From contig JBDRWW010000001.1 of the NCBI GenBank assembly GCA_039802605.1, forward strand, positions 192,001 through 256,000: 64,000 bases of DNA, given 5' to 3'. Below the pieces are notes generated by a model. It was not told the origin of the DNA, searched no databases, and was given only the letters and a program-made list of their open reading frames with translations. Shown piece after piece: positions 10,238 through 18,907 of this stretch. Origin of the DNA: a candidate division WOR-3 bacterium (GTDB taxonomy: Bacteria; Hydrothermota; Hydrothermia; LBFQ01). The position numbers and the translations under genes are program-made. Position 1 is the stretch's first letter; each line of letters starts with the position of its first letter.

Positions 10238-11548
10238 TTAACCCAATCTTTCCCTTATAACATCCTCCAAGGTGGGTTTTCCTATTTCTTGTAATTCGTA
10301 TCTAACCCTTAAAATGGGTTTATCCGTTTTAACAACCCTTGATAGGTTTATGGGTGTAGCGCTTATAACGATATCCGCCGGGCAAGAATTTATTACCTCT
10401 TGTAATTCCTCTATTTGCTTTGGAGAATAACCCAATGCGGGTAGAACATCAACAACACCCCAGGTTTCCATAGCCTTTTTTATGCTACCTATGGCGTATT
10501 CGTAAGGTTTTATTATTTCCTTTGCACCAAACTTCAATGCGGCTATGTATGCAGCCCCGAACTTCATCTCTCCGTGTGTGGTCGTCGGTCCATCCTCTAT
10601 ACATAATACCCTTTTGCCCTTAATCATTTCGTAGTTCTCGACAAATATGGGTGATGCGGCCTCTATAACCGTTGCCTTTGGGTTTGCCTCCATTATGTTC
10701 TTTCGCAGGATGTTTATATTTTCCAAGTTTGCGCTATCAATTTTATTGATTACTATAACATCGGCCATGCGTAAATTGGTTTCTCCGGGATGGTATTTTA
10801 ACTCATGGCCCGCCCTATGGGGATCCGTTACCACGATGAACAAATCGGGTTTAAAGAAGGGGAAATCGTTGTTTCCCCCATCCCAAAGTATGACATCACC
10901 AACCTTTTCGGCTTCTTCCAAAATCTTCCCGTAATCAACACCCGCAAATACGATATTACCCCTATCCAAATGTGGTTCAAACTCCTCCCTCTCCTCAACC
11001 GTTACATTATATTTATCCAAATCCTCATAAGTTTCAAACTTTTGAACCACTTGTTTTCTCAAATCCCCATAGGGCATTGGATGCCTAACGACGGCAACTT
11101 TTTTACCATAAGATTTTAATATATCGGCAACCCTGCGGCTCGTTTGGCTTTTCCCACATCCGGTTCTTATAGCCCCAACCGCCACCACCGGCTTTTTGGA
11201 TTTTAGCATAGTATCCTTTGGACCCAAAAGCATAAAAGATGCCCCGCAAGCCATGGCCCTTGAAGCCCTACTCATAACATATTCGTGCGACACATCCGAG
11301 TAGGCGAAAACCACCAAATCCACATCCTTTTCCTTTATCAACTTCTCCAAATCTTCCTCGGGATATATGGGAATCCCTTTTGGATACCTTTCACCCGCGA
11401 GTTCCGGTGGATATACCCTACCCTCTATATCCGGTATTTGTGTAGCGGTAAATCCCACAACCTCATACGCGTCGTTTTCCCTAAAAAACACATTAAAGTT
11501 ATGGAAATCCCTACCCGCTGCTCCCATTATTAAAACCCTTCTCTTCAT
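10238..11548 (-). CDS. cDPG-synthetase-like P-loop protein, probable arginine synthetase (ArcE type)
   Basis: MGAAGRDFHNFN N-terminus, P-loop RTGCGKS, WDGGNND and EDGPT motifs (COG2403 group). Confidence 0.75.
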   Translation of the reverse strand: MKRRVLIMGAAGRDFHNFNVFFRENDAYEVVGFTATQIPDIEGRVYPPELAGERYPKGIPIYPEEDLEKLIKEKDVDLVVFAYSDVSHEYVMSRASRAMACGASFMLLGPKDTMLKSKKPVVAVGAIRTGCGKSQTSRRVADILKSYGKKVAVVRHPMPYGDLRKQVVQKFETYEDLDKYNVTVEEREEFEPHLDRGNIVFAGVDYGKILEEAEKVGDVILWDGGNNDFPFFKPDLFIVVTDPHRAGHELKYHPGETNLRMADVIVINKIDSANLENINILRKNIMEANPKATVIEAASPIFVENYEMIKGKRVLCIEDGPTTTHGEMKFGAAYIAALKFGAKEIIKPYEYAIGSIKKAMETWGVVDVLPALGYSPKQIEELQEVINSCPADIVISATPINLSRVVKTDKPILRVRYELQEIGKPTLEDVIRERLG

Positions 11549-11626
11549 AGGTGGGAATAATAATACCGTTTGGTTTGTTAAGATGTGTTTGAACGATCGT
11601 TCAACACGGCCTTAGAATATACGCTT

Positions 11627-11908
11627 ATGCTTTTTGTGGTAATATGTTCCGCGCCGTTTATGGGGGAATTTGAAAACGCCCTTATGGATAGGGGAATAGA
11701 GGGTTATACGATAATACCCAAGGTTTTGGGTAGAGGTGGAAGTAGCGAGCCCGTAATGGATAACGATGTATGGCCGGGTTATTCCGTAATGTTTGTAATT
11801 TTCGTAGAAAGCGAAAAATTGGGGGATTTGAAGGGGGTATTAAAGGACTTTTCGCAAAGGGTTAAACCGTTTAAGGTTTTTGCATTAAAGGAGGTGGAAG
11901 TAATATGA
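11627..11908 (+). CDS. PII-like (PG0541-type) transporter-associated protein
   Basis: GYTIIPKVLGRG...EP...VWPG motif, directly upstream of a TolC gene. ATG 11627 is 8 nt after TAGAAT. Confidence 0.75.
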   Translation: MLFVVICSAPFMGEFENALMDRGIEGYTIIPKVLGRGGSSEPVMDNDVWPGYSVMFVIFVESEKLGDLKGVLKDFSQRVKPFKVFALKEVEVI

Positions 11909-13212
11909 TGTGGGTTATAGCGGTTTTGGAATTAACGGAAGATAAGGCGGTTGAAATTGCATTAAAAAACAGTCCGAGTATTTTGGCGGACAGTTTTGAT
12001 GTTTTATACGCTTACGAGCAGAGTAAAGAGGTGGGCTCTTCCCTTTGGCCGAGCATATCCTTGCAGTTCGGTTATACCTATAACTCCTACGCCACAACAT
12101 TCCAGCAGATAATCCCCACAAAATGGGGATTTCAGGAAATCCCACCGGGTTCCGGTCAGGGGATAGTTTTCCCAATAGAGGCGGAAACCGTTGGTGTTCA
12201 GTTCAACAGACATCACAACTACCGCTTTACCCTATCAATTTCAAGACCCTTATGGAGTTGGTGGAGGATGGAAAGGGGATACCAATTGCAAAAGGAAAAC
12301 ACAAAGGCAAAGTATAACGACTACCTATCCAAAAAGGCGGCTTATGAGTATAACATTAGAATGGTTTATACCCTTGCCTTGCTATCCAAGGAGGCTTTAA
12401 AAATAGCGGAGGAAAATTTAAAGTTTTCGGAAAAACGGTTAAAATTGATTGAAGAAGCGTATAAATCGGGAAGGGCCAATGGGGTAGATTATCTAAGGGC
12501 TACGGCGGATTACGAAAGCGCAAAGGCAAACCTCTTGAACGCCGAAAACAATTATAAATCCTCGTTAAAAACCTTAGCCTTATTTATCGGATTACCGGAT
12601 ACCGTAGAGATAGAATTAAAGGACAGCCTGGGTTCGGAGGATAAAAGCCTCCCACAGGTTGAAATACAGAGATATGATATCGCATATCTTGAAGAGCAGG
12701 TAAAAATTTTGGAAAGTATGTCAAGGGAGGAGTTAAAGGGTTATTTACCCACCGTCCTTGGACAATTTTCCCTTAATTATCAAAGACCCTTGGGATTTGA
12801 AGACAAATGGGGGAGTAACTGGACAGCGGGTATTACCCTAAACTGGACATTGTTTGACGGCCTATCCCCCTCGGTAAGGAGTAAAAAGTATAAATTGCAG
12901 GCGGAGGCCTTGAAGAGGAGGATAGAGTTTTTAAAATTGCAGGCTCAAAAGGAAATAGCAGATGCACAAAGGGAATATGAATACGCGGTTGCTGTTTTGG
13001 ATGCCCAAGAAAAGGGTTTGAACGCCATGAAAAAGGCTTTTGATCTGGCCTTGGAGGCCTATAAATCCGGTAGGATGACATACACGGAGTTTAAACAGGT
13101 TGAGTTGGCGTACTGGAATGCAAAACTATCTTACAAAAAGGCCATAAGCGATGTAAAATTGGCAAAGTTAAAGGTTAAATTCTTGGGTTTAACCTCCTTG
13201 GCATCAAGATGA
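11905..13212 (+). CDS. TolC family outer-membrane efflux protein
   Basis: ALKNSP and two OEP repeats (YKSG...DYL, YLPTV, WTLFDG). Confidence 0.9.
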   Translation: MMWVIAVLELTEDKAVEIALKNSPSILADSFDVLYAYEQSKEVGSSLWPSISLQFGYTYNSYATTFQQIIPTKWGFQEIPPGSGQGIVFPIEAETVGVQFNRHHNYRFTLSISRPLWSWWRMERGYQLQKENTKAKYNDYLSKKAAYEYNIRMVYTLALLSKEALKIAEENLKFSEKRLKLIEEAYKSGRANGVDYLRATADYESAKANLLNAENNYKSSLKTLALFIGLPDTVEIELKDSLGSEDKSLPQVEIQRYDIAYLEEQVKILESMSREELKGYLPTVLGQFSLNYQRPLGFEDKWGSNWTAGITLNWTLFDGLSPSVRSKKYKLQAEALKRRIEFLKLQAQKEIADAQREYEYAVAVLDAQEKGLNAMKKAFDLALEAYKSGRMTYTEFKQVELAYWNAKLSYKKAISDVKLAKLKVKFLGLTSLASR

Positions 13213-13875
13213 TTTAATCCTTTTCCTCCTCTCCTCCTGCAAAACCTTATGGGCTAAAAAAGTGGGAATTTCCCAACCGTTTTTCAAAAAATTTAAGATA
13301 ACCTTTAAACTCGTATCCAAAGATACTTTATGCCCCGGTGAAACGAATAAAAGTTTTTTACCGAGTTTTGGCCTTATAACCCAGCCTATAATTTCGTTGT
13401 TGTATTTGGAATACAGGGGTTTGTATCTTTGAGGTGGGGGTTCGTAATACTTACCAAACAGGAGGGATTTTGCGACGCCAATACTCGGAACATCAAGGAT
13501 GACCCCAAAATGGGAGGCTATTCCCATCCTTCTGGGATGCGCTATTCCCTGTCCATCAATTAAATATAAATCCGCCTTTGTTTTTAAAGATTCATAACCC
13601 CTTAAAAGCAGAGGTAACTCCCTATAAGCCAAAAATGTGGGTATATATGGGAAATCAACAAAACCATCAACGACCGTTTTTTCCAAGATCTTACCGTTTT
13701 TAAAATCAACCACAACGAATGCCACAAGCCCCACAGTTGGATTTTTCCAAATATCCAAAAAGGTTAAATCCGCACCGGCAACTAATTCCAACTTATCAAA
13801 ACCATCCTTTAAAACTATCCTTTTGGCCAGTTCCCTTTGCTCTTTTTCTAACCGCTTCCTATCAAATGTATCCAA
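13204..13875 (-). CDS. nfi: Endonuclease V
   Basis: FPYIPTFLAYRE, DGQGIAHPRRMGIASH, GVAKS and VSPGH motifs. Confidence 0.95.
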   Translation of the reverse strand: MDTFDRKRLEKEQRELAKRIVLKDGFDKLELVAGADLTFLDIWKNPTVGLVAFVVVDFKNGKILEKTVVDGFVDFPYIPTFLAYRELPLLLRGYESLKTKADLYLIDGQGIAHPRRMGIASHFGVILDVPSIGVAKSLLFGKYYEPPPQRYKPLYSKYNNEIIGWVIRPKLGKKLLFVSPGHKVSLDTSLKVILNFLKNGWEIPTFLAHKVLQEERRKRIKSS

Positions 13876-14944
13876 GGCTTCTTAGGGTTTCCGTCATAAC
13901 CCCTAAGAGTTCCTTTATATCGTCCGTTGTAAAATCTCCCATATGCCCCACCCTAAAAGTCTTATTTTTCAGTTGGCCGTACCCGTTTGCTATCGCATAA
14001 CCCCTATTCGCCAATTCGGATAAAAATTTCCCAACATCAATGTTTCTGGTATTCTTTATACAGGTTATGGTTTTTGACCAATAGCCCTTTTCGGGGAACA
14101 TATCAAAGTATTCAAGGGCCCAGTCTTGCACAAGCCTCGCCATTTCCTCATGCCTTCTATACCTGTTTTCCAACCCTTCCCTTTCAATCCTCTGCAGCTG
14201 ATAATCAAGGGCGTATAAAAGGGATATATTGGGTGTAAATGGGGTTTGCTTTCTATCCTCATAGTATCTAAGCATCTCCTCAAAGTTGAAATACAAACCT
14301 TTATCCTTTATCCCCTTTGAAACCTCCATAGCCCTTTGGCTAACAAAGGCCACCGCTATCCCGGGGGGCAACCCAAAGGCCTTTTGAACGCTTGCCGTTA
14401 TGGCATCAACATTCCAATTTTCAAGTTCTAAGTGTGTCCCCATCATTGATGTAACCGCATCAACTATTAAAAGCGTATTCGGAGATTTTTCTTTCAAAAC
14501 CTCACCTATTTCCTTTAAGGGACTCAATACACCCGTCGAAGATTCGTTATGTACAACTATTACGGCATCGTAATGCTCCTTTTTTACTTCTTCCTCCACC
14601 ATCTCGGGTTTAACCGCCTTTCCCCATTCTATATCATATGACTTTACCCTTTTACCGTTCAACTCGCATGCCTCAACCCACCTTTCGGCAAAAGAGCCGT
14701 TTTGCATAACCAAAACCTTTTCCTTGACAAAATTCCTAATAAAACCCTCCATTACTCCGGTGGCGGATGCGGTGAAGACAAAAGCGTAGTGGTTCGTTTT
14801 GAAAAGTCGCCTCAGGGTTTCTATGATCCTTTCATACATTTCCGAGAATTCCTTAGATCTGTGGCCTATAAGGGGTTTTGATTGTTGCTCTAAAATTTCC
14901 TTTTTAACCTCTACGGGACCCGGTAAAAAAAGCTTCTTGTACAT
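13862..14944 (-). CDS. Class V aminotransferase (alanine-glyoxylate/serine-pyruvate type)
   Basis: PGPV, HRS, HNESSTG, DAVTS, SVQK and FRVGHMG motifs. Confidence 0.9.
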   Translation of the reverse strand: MYKKLFLPGPVEVKKEILEQQSKPLIGHRSKEFSEMYERIIETLRRLFKTNHYAFVFTASATGVMEGFIRNFVKEKVLVMQNGSFAERWVEACELNGKRVKSYDIEWGKAVKPEMVEEEVKKEHYDAVIVVHNESSTGVLSPLKEIGEVLKEKSPNTLLIVDAVTSMMGTHLELENWNVDAITASVQKAFGLPPGIAVAFVSQRAMEVSKGIKDKGLYFNFEEMLRYYEDRKQTPFTPNISLLYALDYQLQRIEREGLENRYRRHEEMARLVQDWALEYFDMFPEKGYWSKTITCIKNTRNIDVGKFLSELANRGYAIANGYGQLKNKTFRVGHMGDFTTDDIKELLGVMTETLRSLGYI

Positions 14945-14996
14945 AGTTCGGATATTCTAATGTTGAAAGGATTTTTCATCCTTAGAATTTCCGCTT

Positions 14997-15464
14997 ATGA
15001 GGTGGATTGTCTTGGTAGTAGGTTTGTTAAGTCTTATAACCTGTTCAAAAAGGGAAGATAACAGCATTAAAGGTTTGAGCTTTAAAACCTTGGATGGTAA
15101 AATTTATAAATGGGAGGATTTGCAGGGTAAGGTTTTGATCGTTGATTTTTGGGCTACATGGTGTCAGCCTTGCAGGAAGTCCCTACCCGAGTTGGACGCA
15201 ATTTATAAGGAGTATAACGGTAAGGTTGTGGTTATAGGTTTTTCAAAGGATGATTCGGAAGAAGAAGTTAAAAACTTTTTGGAAAAGGAAATTAAAGTTT
15301 CCTATCCAATTGCTATGTCAAATCAAAAGCTGGAAAAAATGTTCGGTGGTATATTGGGTTTGCCCACAAGCTTTTTGGTTGATAAGGATGGTAAAGTTGT
15401 TAGGAGGTTCCTGGGATATGTCCCCAAGGAAGTTTTGGAAGAAAACATAAAAAGACTTTTATAA
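14997..15464 (+). CDS. TlpA family thiol-disulfide reductase (lipoprotein)
   Basis: FWATWCQPC and GLPTSFLVD motifs; N-terminal lipobox. Confidence 0.92.
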   Translation: MRWIVLVVGLLSLITCSKREDNSIKGLSFKTLDGKIYKWEDLQGKVLIVDFWATWCQPCRKSLPELDAIYKEYNGKVVVIGFSKDDSEEEVKNFLEKEIKVSYPIAMSNQKLEKMFGGILGLPTSFLVDKDGKVVRRFLGYVPKEVLEENIKRLL

Positions 15465-15492
15465 AGATTTCACCCTTATAATACCGCCCTCT

Positions 15493-16320
15493 ATGAAAGT
15501 TATCAAGTTTGGTAATATAATCATCTTTGTAAAGGATTTCCCGAGGACAATAAAAGGGCTAGCGGTATTTTTAACGGTCATTATTTCCATCTTATTCGGG
15601 GGTTTAACATTTTTTTATTTAAAGTTTCTGAAAAAGTTGTATTCTCAAAGGGTTTATACCAACCTGATTAAAGAAAATCAAGAGCTTAGGAAAACCCTGA
15701 GGGAACTTTCCAAAAAGTTGGATGATATGTATAATAGGCAAAGGGTACTGGCATCGGTATTGAATGTCCCCCTTTACGATATATCCTCCGATAACTTCGC
15801 AATAGGCGGTCAGATAAGGGATGTGGATATTGACAAAATTACCTCGTACGCAAAATTCCAAGAGGATGTATTAAACCAATTGGAAATAAAGGCAAAACTA
15901 ACAAAAGAGGAATTAAAGCGCATCCCGAGCATACCCCCTATAAAGGGGGTTTTCTCTTCGGGTTTTGGGATAAGAAAGGATCCGTTTACGGGTGGCATTG
16001 AATTCCACAAGGGCATTGATATATCCGCCCCCACGGGCACCCCTATAGTTGCCACAGCCGATGGGGTGGTTGAATATGCCGGTTGGAATTCCGAAGGTTA
16101 TGGGAACCAGGTGGTTATAGACCATGAAAACGGTATAAAAACACGCTACGCGCATATGTTTAAAGTCTTAGTTAAGGAAGGCCAAAGGGTTAAAAGGGGA
16201 CAGGTTATAGGGTTGGTTGGAAGCACCGGTAAATCCGTTGCCCCGCATGTGCATTACGAGGTTTATTTAAACGGGAACCCTGTAAATCCCACAAGGTATA
16301 TTCTAGTTGATTTGAGATGA
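15493..16320 (+). CDS. M23 family metallopeptidase
   Basis: HKGID, YAH and PHVHYE motifs; N-terminal TM helix and coiled coil. Confidence 0.93.
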   Translation: MKVIKFGNIIIFVKDFPRTIKGLAVFLTVIISILFGGLTFFYLKFLKKLYSQRVYTNLIKENQELRKTLRELSKKLDDMYNRQRVLASVLNVPLYDISSDNFAIGGQIRDVDIDKITSYAKFQEDVLNQLEIKAKLTKEELKRIPSIPPIKGVFSSGFGIRKDPFTGGIEFHKGIDISAPTGTPIVATADGVVEYAGWNSEGYGNQVVIDHENGIKTRYAHMFKVLVKEGQRVKRGQVIGLVGSTGKSVAPHVHYEVYLNGNPVNPTRYILVDLR

Positions 16321-16646
16321 ACTGCGTTTTCTGTAAAATTGTTAATGGGGAGATAAAGGCCAAGACGGTTTATGAAAACGAGAGGGCAATGGCCTTTTAC
16401 GATATAAACCCACAGGCCCCCATACATGTACTAATAATTCCCAAAAAACATTACGAAAACCTTTTTGAGGGTATGGATAGGGAAGATGTTGAGGGAATAT
16501 TAAACTGCATAAAGGGTGTCGTAAATGGCTTGAACATAAAGGAGTACAGGCTTGTTAGCAATGCGGGGAAGGGTGCAGGTCAAGAAGTCTTTCATTTACA
16601 CATACATCTACTCGCGGGTAAGGAGTTTCCGGCCAATACGGTATAA
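16317..16646 (+). CDS. HIT family protein
   Basis: CVFCKI and GQEVFHLHIH. Confidence 0.93.
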   Translation: MNCVFCKIVNGEIKAKTVYENERAMAFYDINPQAPIHVLIIPKKHYENLFEGMDREDVEGILNCIKGVVNGLNIKEYRLVSNAGKGAGQEVFHLHIHLLAGKEFPANTV

Positions 16647-16648
16647 GT

Positions 16649-16978
16649 ATGGAGTGCGTATTTTGTAAAATAGTTGAGGGGAAAGAGCCCGCTAAAAAGG
16701 TTTATGAAGAAGATAAAGTTTTGGTTTTCCACACATTGGTACCCGAGGCAAAAATTCACCTCCTCCTCATACCAAAAAAGCATTTCGTTAAGTTTGATGA
16801 ACTCGATGCTGAAACCGCCTATGCCCTGTTTAATACAATTCCGAAAGTTGTTAAAATGTTAAACTTAGACCATTTCAGGATAGTGAATAAAAACGGTTAT
16901 GGTGCGGGTCAGAGGGTACCGCATCTACACATACACATACTATCCGGAAACCTTCCGAAAACTATATTGCCGGGATAA
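16649..16978 (+). CDS. HIT family protein (second, tandem copy)
   Basis: CVFCKI and GQRVPHLHIH. Confidence 0.9.
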   Translation: MECVFCKIVEGKEPAKKVYEEDKVLVFHTLVPEAKIHLLLIPKKHFVKFDELDAETAYALFNTIPKVVKMLNLDHFRIVNKNGYGAGQRVPHLHIHILSGNLPKTILPG

Positions 16979-17858
16979 TCTCTGAGTGGTTTTTGGATAT
17001 AACGGCATATGTTCGTGGTGTTTCGTAAATTTTTAGAATATCCGCTTGCGTTTTATTGAAAATATATTCCGCTATGTTTTCAAGTGTGGGGTTATCAATG
17101 AAATCGTTTAAAATGTTATGGTCAAATTCTTTTACCACTCTTTCCGCTTTGGAAAAAGCCTTATCATCTTTTGAAAACACCACGAGCAAATAGTTATGAC
17201 CATGGGATTCCCTTTTGGCGCATTTCCCAAAAACTTTAAGGTTTTCCTCGTATTTGAATGTCTTCAATCCGAGTATATGGGCTGCGGAAAATTTGTAAGT
17301 TTTAAAATTTAGCCTTTCACCCCTTACTAATATATATCCCCCTTTATCCTCAACCCTTTCATACCTTTCAAAAAACCTCTTAGGGGAGGTAAAAATCCCT
17401 TTCAAATCCTCAACAATACCCCTATTATCCAAATATCCTTTAACCCAAGTTTCGTACTTCCAAGTGGCACCATTAAAGTTTAACCACTTAAAAGATCCGA
17501 GCAGATTATTCTTACCATCGTATGCCCCGAAAACATCCTCATCCTCAAAAACCTTCACGGAATAAACATTTTCCAAAACCCCCTTTACATTTTCGTAAAG
17601 AACCTTTGATATAATTTCAACGGTTGGGTTTAAACCCTCAAATTCCGGCATAGAATTTAAAAGGGTGTGATCAAATCTTTCAATTATGGGATTAACTTTT
17701 TCCTTTATTTCCGATATGTTCATAACCATACCCAAGTCGTTTATTTTCCCCTTAACGATAACCCAAACCTCATAGTTGTGGCCGTGGAGGTTTTTTAATT
17801 TTCCACCAAAGTTGTAGAAATGCGCCGATTCAAACTCAAACTTCCTCGCCAAAAACAT
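16962..17858 (-). CDS. Two-domain 6-pyruvoyl-tetrahydropterin synthase/QueD-family protein
   Basis: Two copies of the F-x-x-AH...HGHNY...DH..LN...NPT.E pattern. Confidence 0.85.
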   Translation of the reverse strand: MFLARKFEFESAHFYNFGGKLKNLHGHNYEVWVIVKGKINDLGMVMNISEIKEKVNPIIERFDHTLLNSMPEFEGLNPTVEIISKVLYENVKGVLENVYSVKVFEDEDVFGAYDGKNNLLGSFKWLNFNGATWKYETWVKGYLDNRGIVEDLKGIFTSPKRFFERYERVEDKGGYILVRGERLNFKTYKFSAAHILGLKTFKYEENLKVFGKCAKRESHGHNYLLVVFSKDDKAFSKAERVVKEFDHNILNDFIDNPTLENIAEYIFNKTQADILKIYETPRTYAVISKNHSEIIPAI

Positions 17859-17901
17859 CACCGGAAATTATAAGGGGTTAAGGGTTTTTAAATGCCAATG
17901 C

Positions 17902-18399
17902 AAATACCTGCGTATTTCCCTAACGGATAGGCGCAATTTGAGGTGTAGGTATTGTATGCCAGCATTTGGGGTAAAGTTTATGGACTGGGAAAAGGTCTTA
18001 ACATCTCGGGAAATATTAAGACTTGCAAAGATATTTAAAGAATTGGGTATATCTAAGGTTAGGCTTACGGGTGGAGAACCGCTTTTAAGATGGGATTTAA
18101 GGGAAATAGTTGAGGGTTTAAAAGAACTAAACCTATCGCTAAACATCACGACAAATGGCATATTGTTGGATAACTACTTGGATTTCTTGAAAGACAAGGT
18201 GGATTACCTTTACAAAGCCTTGGAAAAGGGGTTTAAAATGGTTAAAATAAACACAGTAATAGCAAATGGGTTTAACGATGATAAAATCTTTAACTTTGTT
18301 GAGTTTGCCAAAGAAAAACCGGTTGCAATTGGGTTTATAGAATTTAAAACCCCTTTTATGAAAGGCCCTTTGGCCATACGGGTGCGGAGAAAATATTAA
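17902..18399 (+). pseudogene. moaA: Degenerate MoaA (GTP 3',8-cyclase) remnant
   Basis: YLRISLTDRRNLRCRYCMP has the first radical-SAM Cys replaced by Arg; RLTGGEP, TTNG and KINTV present; internal deletions and no C-terminal part. Confidence 0.85.
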
Positions 18400-18420
18400 G
18401 GTCTCTGCAAGCGATCAAAA

Positions 18421-18535
18421 GGGATCGCCGGCATGATGGCGGCAAAAAGAACGGGCGAAATAATAACATACCCTTACTTTGGTAAAGGCCATACACCAAA
18501 CGGGTGTGGAGATGGGGGCGTTGTTAACCGTATAA
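18421..18535 (+). pseudogene. moaC: MoaC remnant
   Basis: Fragments GIAGMMAAKRTGEII and VKAIHQTGVEMGALL lie in different frames and resemble the MoaC motifs IAGIMAAK and TGVEMEAL. Confidence 0.8.
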
Positions 18536-18582
18536 TAGTATTGTTCCGACAACCTTGGGTTTCAAAAGTTTAAACCCCTATT

Positions 18583-18907
18583 TGAGGTTTATTATATCGG
18601 CTTTTGTGGGTGGGGGTTTGGGATTCTTGGCGGGAATCATAGGGATAGGAGGGGGAATATTTTTAAGCCCGGTATTGATATTTTTCGGATTTGATCCCAA
18701 AACTACCTTATAAACTCCGCAAGCGGGCTCATAGCCCGTTTGGGTTTCGTGGATATAGATTGGAAATTTACGGTTTTAAGCGTTATATCCGTATTCATAG
18801 GGGGTTTTGCCGGCTCATATCTCGGATCTTATAGGTTTCAAAGTAATACGCTTAGAACTCTCCTCGGTTTGGTTCTTGTAGTTGCCGGTATTAAACTCCT
18901 ACTCTAA
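18583..18907 (+). pseudogene. TauE/SafE (TSUP) transporter C-terminal remnant
   Basis: GFLAGIIGIGGGIFLSPVL, then after a frame break INSASGL...GSYLG...LVVAGIKLLL*. Confidence 0.75.

Noticed and set aside
17938..18399. Intact radical SAM enzyme
   Set aside because: First Cys is lost and the protein is internally deleted and truncated, so it is treated as a pseudogene.
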